A stretch of DNA of 32,000 bases from positions 210,001-242,000 of the forward strand of contig NZ_CP088239.1 of NCBI RefSeq assembly GCF_021054785.1, given 5' to 3'. This document shows positions 25,987 to 32,000 of this stretch, one piece after another. This DNA is from Tannockella kyphosi (GTDB taxonomy: Bacteria > Bacillota_I > Bacilli_A > Erysipelotrichales > Coprobacillaceae). Under the pieces are notes generated by a model. It was not told the origin of the DNA. It did not search any database and saw only the letters and a list, made by a program, of their open reading frames with translations. Made by a program: the position numbers and the translations under genes. Every line of letters begins with the position of its first letter. Position 1 is the first letter of the stretch.

Positions 25987-27564
25987 ATGGAAAAGATATA
26001 TGATATGATTATTATTGGAGCGGGACCAGCAGGTCTTTCAGCTGCAATATATGGTGCAAGAGCTAAATATAAGGTATTAGTTTTAGAAAAAGAAAAAATT
26101 GGTGGTCAAATTACGATTACTCATGAAGTCGTAAACTATCCAGGTATTATGGAAACTAGTGGTGAAGAATTAACACAAGGTATGTTAAAACAAGCACAAA
26201 GATTTGGTGCAGAATTTAAGATTAGTGAAGTGGTAGATATTATTGATGAAGGTGACTTCAAAATACTAAAAACAACTACTGGTGACTATAAAACACTAGG
26301 TGTTATTCTAGCACCAGGGGCAAATCCTAGAGTACTAGGATTTGAAGGAGAAAAGAAATTCCAAGGTAGAGGAGTAGCTTATTGTGCTACTTGTGATGGA
26401 GAATTCTTTAAGGATAAAGAAGTTTATGTAGTAGGTGGTGGTTTTGCGGCAGTAGAAGAAGGGATTTTCCTTACTAAATATGCATCAAAAGTACATATGA
26501 TAGTTCGTGAAGAAAACTTTACATGTGCAAAAACAGTTTATGAAAAAGTAGCTTTAGAGCCTAAAATTGAAACTTATTTCCAAACAGAAGTTCAATCAGT
26601 AAATGGGGAACAAACTTTGGAAAGTATTACTTTAACAAGCGAAGGAAAACAATGGACAGTTGAACATCCAGATGGTTTTGGTGTCTTTGTGTTTGCAGGA
26701 TATGTTCCTAATACAAGTTGGTTACCAAAAAGTATTGAATTAGATAAGGGTTATATTGTTACTGATATTAATAGAAAAACAAATGTGGATGGTATTTATG
26801 GTGCTGGAGATGTTTGTATTAAGAATTTAAGACAGGTAGTAACAGCTGTTAGTGATGGAGCTTTAGCTGCTACTTCTTTAGAAAAGGTAGTCCATGATTT
26901 ACATAGTAAATTAGATTTACCTGAGTTTGTTCAAGAAGTAGTAGAACAAAAAGAAGAAGTGAAGGCTACTAGCTCAGATGCTTTTATTAGTGATCAAATA
27001 AAAACACAGTTAGCACCAATATTTGGTAAGTTTGAAAAGAAAGTTCTGATTAAAGGATATTTATCTAATGATAAATTATCTATGGAATTAGAAGGCTTTT
27101 TAGCAGAATTTGCAACGATTAGTGATAAAGTAATGATTCAAAAAGAAACATCATCTACTGGATATCTAGAGTTATGTTATGAAGATGGAAGCAGTAGTGG
27201 GATATCTTTCTATGCTGTTCCTGGAGGACATGAGTTTAATTCATTTATTGTGGCTCTTTATAATGTTGCTGGGCCAGGGAAAGATATTTCTAATGAAGAT
27301 TTAGATAAAATAGCAGCTATTCAAAAAGACACTAAAATACAAGTATTTATTTCATTGTCTTGTACGATGTGTCCAGAAGTAGTAATGGCAACAGGTACGA
27401 TTGCAGCAAAAAATCAATATGTTCAAACACAAGCTATTGATATTGCTCATTTTCCAGAATTAAAAGAAAAATACAAAATCATGTCTGTACCATGTATGGT
27501 AATTAATGAAGAAGTAGTTCATTTTGGAAAGAAAAACATATCACAAATATTAGATTTATTATAA
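25987..27564 (+). CDS. AhpF-like NAD(P)H:peroxiredoxin reductase with reversed domain order (TrxR-like module N-terminal, AhpF-NTD-like thioredoxin folds C-terminal)
   Basis: The N-terminus has GAGPAGLSAA (FAD), the redox motif CATCDG, GGGFAAVEEG (NAD(P)H) and GAGDV. The C-terminus reads ISLSCTMCPEVV...MSVPCMVIN, resembling the AhpF N-terminal domain SLSCHNCPDVV...GVPAVF. Confidence 0.85.
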   Translation: MEKIYDMIIIGAGPAGLSAAIYGARAKYKVLVLEKEKIGGQITITHEVVNYPGIMETSGEELTQGMLKQAQRFGAEFKISEVVDIIDEGDFKILKTTTGDYKTLGVILAPGANPRVLGFEGEKKFQGRGVAYCATCDGEFFKDKEVYVVGGGFAAVEEGIFLTKYASKVHMIVREENFTCAKTVYEKVALEPKIETYFQTEVQSVNGEQTLESITLTSEGKQWTVEHPDGFGVFVFAGYVPNTSWLPKSIELDKGYIVTDINRKTNVDGIYGAGDVCIKNLRQVVTAVSDGALAATSLEKVVHDLHSKLDLPEFVQEVVEQKEEVKATSSDAFISDQIKTQLAPIFGKFEKKVLIKGYLSNDKLSMELEGFLAEFATISDKVMIQKETSSTGYLELCYEDGSSSGISFYAVPGGHEFNSFIVALYNVAGPGKDISNEDLDKIAAIQKDTKIQVFISLSCTMCPEVVMATGTIAAKNQYVQTQAIDIAHFPELKEKYKIMSVPCMVINEEVVHFGKKNISQILDLL

Positions 27565-27567
27565 GCA

Positions 27568-27599
27568 AAAGCACTTTCATATTCTGAAAGTGTTTTTTT
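27568..27599 (+). terminator. rho-independent terminator after the AhpF-like gene
   Basis: Stem aaagcactttca / tgaaagtgcttt-like with loop tattc, followed by TTTTTTT. Confidence 0.8.
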
Positions 27600-27639
27600 C
27601 TACTTTTAATGTATAATTAGTGGAAAGGGAGGATTTTAT

Positions 27640-28512
27640 ATGAATTTAGGTGCAATAGAAGCAGGAGGAACAAAGTTTGTTCTTTGTGTTGGAGATGAAG
27701 CAGGAAATGTGTTAGAAAGAGTATCGATTCCAACATTATCTCCAGAAGAAACAATGAAAGGTATTTTTGAGTTTTTTGATAATAAGGAAATAGAAGCATT
27801 AGGTGTAGGTTGTTTTGGACCAATTGATCCTGATTTAAGTAGTCCTACTTATGGATATATTACTACAACACCAAAACCAGGATGGGGAAACTATAATATA
27901 ATGGGTGCTTTAAAAGAAAGATATAATATCCCAATGGCATTTGATACAGATGTAAATGGAGCAGCATTAGGAGAGGCATATTTTGGTGCAGCAAAAGGAT
28001 TAGATAGTGCTTTGTATTTAACCATTGGAACTGGTATCGGGGGCGGAGCTATTGTAGAAGGGAAGTTAGTTCATGGCTTATTACATCCAGAAATGGGGCA
28101 TATGCATTTAACACCAAGAAGTGATGATCACTATGCAGGAAAATGTCCATTCCATGGCACTTGTTTTGAAGGGTTAGCAGCAGGTCCAGCGATTGAAGAA
28201 CGTTGGGGTATGAAGGCAACTCAATTAGCACCAGATCATATTGCTTGGGATATGGAAGCAGACTATATTGCACAAGCGTTGTGTATTTATATTTTAACTT
28301 TATCACCAAAGAAAATTATTTTAGGTGGAGGTGTAATGCATCAAAAACACTTATTTCCAATGATCCATCATTATGTTCAAGAAAAGTTAGCTGGATATGT
28401 TCAAAAAGATGAAATTATAACAGATGCAATTAAAGATTATATTGTTTATCCTGGATTAGGGGATAATGCAGGAGTATGTGGAGCTCTTGCACTTGCAAAA
28501 TCCGCATTATAA
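27640..28512 (+). CDS. ROK-family sugar kinase, fructokinase-like
   Basis: Has the N-terminal ATP motif IEAGGTKF, DTDVNGAALGE, and the ROK zinc motif H..H...CPFHGTCFEG. Its 290-aa length resembles B. subtilis GmuE/YdhR and E. coli Mak. Confidence 0.85.
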   Translation: MNLGAIEAGGTKFVLCVGDEAGNVLERVSIPTLSPEETMKGIFEFFDNKEIEALGVGCFGPIDPDLSSPTYGYITTTPKPGWGNYNIMGALKERYNIPMAFDTDVNGAALGEAYFGAAKGLDSALYLTIGTGIGGGAIVEGKLVHGLLHPEMGHMHLTPRSDDHYAGKCPFHGTCFEGLAAGPAIEERWGMKATQLAPDHIAWDMEADYIAQALCIYILTLSPKKIILGGGVMHQKHLFPMIHHYVQEKLAGYVQKDEIITDAIKDYIVYPGLGDNAGVCGALALAKSAL

Positions 28513-28534
28513 AAAGATGGCTAGACCATCTTTT
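28512..28534. terminator. bidirectional hairpin between convergent genes
   Basis: A 9-bp stem aaaagatgg / ccatctttt is flanked by A-run and T-run. The minus-strand gene's stop codon lies in the loop. Confidence 0.55.
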
Positions 28535-29642
28535 CTTTATTTCTAATATATATTTTTGATAACTTATAAACACTAGCAACAGTAGGAATCCCGAAAAACA
28601 TTCCCGGAATACCTGCAAGGCTACCAAATATCATTACCGTAGCTAACACATAAATACCAGGGAGACCAACTGAATTACCAACAACTCTAGGATAAATGAC
28701 GTTACTTTCAAATTGTTGTAAAACAATTAAATAGAATACAAATAGAATAGCAGTTGTTGGACTTACTGTAAAAACCATAAAGGCTCCTATTGTTCCACCA
28801 ATATAGGCTCCAATAATAGGAATAATATTAATGGTACCAACTAATGTTCCAATCATAATAGCATAAGGCATCCTTAGAATCGTCATTCCCAAAGCACATA
28901 AACTTCCTAAAATAACTGCTTCAATACATTGACCACTAATAAAAGAACCAAAAGTATCATTTGTTATCGTATATATCATACGAATACGATGATAATTACG
29001 AGCAGATACATATAACTTTAAAATTCTTTTTATCGTATTTAATAAACGTTTTTTTTCTAATACCAAATAAATAGAAAAAACAGCAACGAGAATACTATTG
29101 AAAATAGTACCTACTAAAGAAATAGTAATAGAAATAGTGGTATCTAATAAATCAGTAAATCCAGAACTCATAAAATTCATCATATTATCTAATAAAGTTT
29201 TCCAATCTACTTCAATACTTTCTAATGCAGTTGCAATATTAGGAGCATCCTGGAATAAGGATACTAATTTATCAAATATGGTTTGACCATGATTAGGAAC
29301 TAATTCTAATAATAAAGTGATAGAGTTTACTAGTTCAGGTATAACAAGCATACATAAAGAATAGATAATCAAAATGATAGTTGTAATAGCAAGTAGTAAA
29401 CTAATTACTATTTTATGTTTTTTTATTAATTTACTATTTATTTGATCTAATAATTTTTGAAAACGAACCATAACAAGATTTAAAACAAAAGCAACTAGAA
29501 ATGAAAGTAAGATTAAATAAGTTGCTTGGAAAATCTTATTTAGTAATAAAAAGACAGTACTTGTATTAAATAAAATAAAACCAAAAACCATTAGTAACAA
29601 AAGATATTTTTTAATTAATTTATCGATTTCTTTATAATTCAT
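28521..29642 (-). CDS. AI-2E family transporter (PerM/UPF0118 permease)
   Basis: A polytopic membrane protein with the family-typical C-terminal region ...GTINIIPIIGAYIGG...ESNVIYPRVVG..VGLPG. The start is set at the ATG at 29642, 6 nt after AGGAGGTGG. The track's upstream ATG at 29675 lacks an SD. Confidence 0.82.
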   Translation of the reverse strand: MNYKEIDKLIKKYLLLLMVFGFILFNTSTVFLLLNKIFQATYLILLSFLVAFVLNLVMVRFQKLLDQINSKLIKKHKIVISLLLAITTIILIIYSLCMLVIPELVNSITLLLELVPNHGQTIFDKLVSLFQDAPNIATALESIEVDWKTLLDNMMNFMSSGFTDLLDTTISITISLVGTIFNSILVAVFSIYLVLEKKRLLNTIKRILKLYVSARNYHRIRMIYTITNDTFGSFISGQCIEAVILGSLCALGMTILRMPYAIMIGTLVGTINIIPIIGAYIGGTIGAFMVFTVSPTTAILFVFYLIVLQQFESNVIYPRVVGNSVGLPGIYVLATVMIFGSLAGIPGMFFGIPTVASVYKLSKIYIRNKEKMV

Positions 29643-29789
29643 AAGCCACCTCCTAATAATAAAGCATACTAACATATATCTTATAAAAAAGATATCTACT
29701 TACAAAGTATATCCTATTTTTGGGTTTTATAAAAGATGTTTCTTTTTATTGGAATATGGTATATTTAAATAATAAGGGGGATATAATCT

Positions 29790-30494
29790 ATGTCTAAAAT
29801 TAATATCTTAGGGGATGTACATTGTCATACATTAGCATCTGTACATGCTTTTAGCACTATTAGAGAAAATATTGATGGAGCTAATCGCAAAGGATTGAAA
29901 CTATTAGCAATTACTGATCATGGGATAGGGGCAAATGATGCACCACCATTATCTTATTTTCGTAATTTAAAATCTTTGCCAAAATATGTAGATGGACTGC
30001 GTTTATTAAAAGGAGTTGAAGCCAATATTATGGATTTAGAAGGGAATTTAGATTTACCGGATTCTATTTTAAAAACATTGGATATAGTAGTGGTGTCTTT
30101 TCATGCTAGTTGTGTGAAACATGGGACTAAAGAAGACCATACAAGAGCTTATTTAGTGTTGGCTAAAAACCCATATGTTCATATTATGGGTCATAGTGGA
30201 ACACCAGAGTTTGAATATGATCTAGATGTAGTAATACCTGCTTGGCGTGATGCAGGGAAGTATATTGAAATAAATGCACATACGTTTGTGACTAGAAAGA
30301 AATCAATAGAAAATTGCAAAACAATTGCGCTAGCATGTAAAAAGTATCAAGCACCAATTGTTGTTAATTCAGATAGTCATCATGAGTTTGAAATAGGAGA
30401 TGTTTCAAAAGCATTGGAGTTATTAGAAGAGATAGATTTTCCTAAAGAGTTAATTAAGAATGCATCATTAGATTGGATAAAATCATTTGATTAA
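29790..30494 (+). CDS. PHP-domain phosphatase (YcdX-like)
   Basis: Metal-binding His/Asp motifs of the PHP fold are present: DVHCHT, ITDHG, EANI, SFHA, GHSG and NSDSHH. Confidence 0.8.
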   Translation: MSKINILGDVHCHTLASVHAFSTIRENIDGANRKGLKLLAITDHGIGANDAPPLSYFRNLKSLPKYVDGLRLLKGVEANIMDLEGNLDLPDSILKTLDIVVVSFHASCVKHGTKEDHTRAYLVLAKNPYVHIMGHSGTPEFEYDLDVVIPAWRDAGKYIEINAHTFVTRKKSIENCKTIALACKKYQAPIVVNSDSHHEFEIGDVSKALELLEEIDFPKELIKNASLDWIKSFD

Positions 30495-30551
30495 AATACT
30501 TGAGTAGGACCATAAATAATGCTACTATGTTTAAGTAAAAAGGAGATTTAA

Positions 30552-31112
30552 ATGAAATTAATTATTGGACTAGGGAATCCTGGTAAAGAATATGAAAATA
30601 CAAGACATAATTGTGGATTTATGGTAATCGATGAATTATGCAAAAACTGGTCATGTAGTACAAACCTAGTAAAATTCAAAGGGGAATATTGTAAAATAAA
30701 ATACAAAGGAGAAGATGTTATCCTTTTAAAACCAACTACTTATATGAATTTATCAGGTGAATCCGTACAACAATTTATGAAGTTTTATAAAATAGAAAAA
30801 GAAGATATTTTAGTAATATATGATGATTTAGATATGCCAGTAGGGAAACTACGTTTACGTACTAGTGGAAGTGCGGGTGGACATAATGGTATTAAGAGTA
30901 TGATTAGTCATGTTGGGGGACAAGATTTTCAACGTATTCGTGTCGGGATTGATCGTCATCCATATATAAAGGTAGTAGACTATGTACTGGGTAAATTCAC
31001 AAAAGATGAACAACCTTTCATAGAAGAAGGAGTAAAGCAAGCAGCAAAAGCAGTTGAAATGTTTTTAGAAAAAGATTTTGTAGCTGCCATGAATGCTTTT
31101 AATAAGGGGTAA
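30552..31112 (+). CDS. pth: peptidyl-tRNA hydrolase
   Basis: Contains LIIGLGNPGKEYENTRHNCGF, and GGHNGIKS. Its position directly upstream of mfd matches Bacillus. Confidence 0.95.
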   Translation: MKLIIGLGNPGKEYENTRHNCGFMVIDELCKNWSCSTNLVKFKGEYCKIKYKGEDVILLKPTTYMNLSGESVQQFMKFYKIEKEDILVIYDDLDMPVGKLRLRTSGSAGGHNGIKSMISHVGGQDFQRIRVGIDRHPYIKVVDYVLGKFTKDEQPFIEEGVKQAAKAVEMFLEKDFVAAMNAFNKG

Positions 31113-31113
31113 A

Positions 31114-32000
31114 ATGAGAAAGATTGTAGAACAATTACACAATAATAAAGCTTATCAAGCTTTATTAGAAGGAACAAATGATGTTGTTATTAACCATATT
31201 AATGAAGAAGCACTACTTATTGCAAGTGCTTTTTTAAGCTATCCAAAAGATACAGTAATTATTAAAGAAAACCAATATCAAGCTAATTTATTATATCAAC
31301 AATTAGCTACTTTATTAGGAAATGATGTCCTATACTTTCCAGTAGATGAGTCTTATCGTGTTGAAGCATTAGCTGCTTCACCAGAACTTTTAACAGAAAG
31401 AATTGATACAATGTATCAATTAACTAATAACAAAGCTCACCTATTAATATGTCATGTTCATTCTTTGATTCGTTACGTACCAACAAAAGAAGTATTTTTA
31501 CAACATATTTTAGAATATAAAATAGGGGATACGATTGATATTTTTGATATGCAACGAAAATTACATCAATTAGGTTATCGTCATGAAAATAAAGTATTGG
31601 AACAATTTACTTATAGTAAAAGAGGAGGGGTTATTGATATTTATACGATTTCTTCTTCTTATCCGGTTAGAATTGAATTCTTTGATGATGAAATAGAATC
31701 AATGAGATATTTTGATACAACAAATCAAAGAACTTTTGAAACAGTAAATCAAATAACCATTATTCCAGCAAGTGATATTTTATATCTAGAAGAACAAAAG
31801 GATATTGTTTGTGGAAAGATTCATGGTTTGTCTGTGGAACAAGAAGTAGATGATCAACATGTGGATGAATTTGAACAAATGATAGCTTTAGATAAAGAGA
31901 ATATTCATAATCATGTTAATGATATTACTATTTATCCATATTTTGGATTATTTAAACAAACTACGTCTATTTTATCTTATTTAAATCAACCTAAAGTTAT
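31114..32000 (+). CDS. mfd: transcription-repair coupling factor, 5' fragment (continues past window end)
   Basis: My own translation from the ATG at 31114 is open to base 32000. It contains UvrB-homology-module motifs ...LYFPVDE..., RGGVIDIYTISSSYPVRIEFFDDEIESMRYFDTTNQRT. It is absent from the ORF track because no stop is reached. Confidence 0.9.
   Translation, partial: MRKIVEQLHNNKAYQALLEGTNDVVINHINEEALLIASAFLSYPKDTVIIKENQYQANLLYQQLATLLGNDVLYFPVDESYRVEALAASPELLTERIDTMYQLTNNKAHLLICHVHSLIRYVPTKEVFLQHILEYKIGDTIDIFDMQRKLHQLGYRHENKVLEQFTYSKRGGVIDIYTISSSYPVRIEFFDDEIESMRYFDTTNQRTFETVNQITIIPASDILYLEEQKDIVCGKIHGLSVEQEVDDQHVDEFEQMIALDKENIHNHVNDITIYPYFGLFKQTTSILSYLNQPKV

Noticed and set aside
1-32000. 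Mobile elements, prophage, defence systems, and tRNA, rRNA or riboswitch elements.
   Set aside because: I found no transposase, integrase or recombinase ORF, no terminal inverted repeats, no cas or restriction-like genes, no cloverleaf-like or rRNA-like sequence, and no long structured leader. The intergenic regions are short and are accounted for by promoters and terminators.

Overview
AT-rich (about one-third GC by eye), standard-code (table 11) Bacillota-type chromosome. It is almost entirely plus-strand and tightly packed, with no transposase, integrase, phage, CRISPR, tRNA or rRNA gene. Bases 1-14.5 kb are a housekeeping block syntenic with the Bacillus subtilis ylo/yqe regions: gmk, priA, rsmB, rlmN, PP2C phosphatase, PASTA Ser/Thr kinase, rsgA, rpe, thiamine pyrophosphokinase, rsmE, an orphan ORF, mtaB, a MurE-like ligase and deoC. 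Next comes an OmpR/HK two-component pair with a secreted protein of four PepSY modules encoded by near-identical 243-bp tandem repeats. The most unusual region is 17.8-27.6 kb. It starts with a CAT-less stand-alone PRD protein transcribed divergently from a pyruvate formate-lyase locus. The 683-aa PFL body stops just before the glycyl-radical domain. A 68-aa degenerate copy of that domain follows, then a separate 80-aa ORF carries the canonical RVSGYAV radical motif. An FtsX-type ABC permease and an ATPase with an unassigned ~190-aa tail separate these genes from pflA. Downstream is a peroxide-defence cluster: ahpC, dps and an AhpF-like reductase with its domain order reversed. The window ends with a ROK fructokinase, an AI-2E-family transporter (minus strand), a PHP phosphatase, pth and the 5' part of mfd. 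All calls rest on motif reading of the supplied translations. No database search or alignment software was run.
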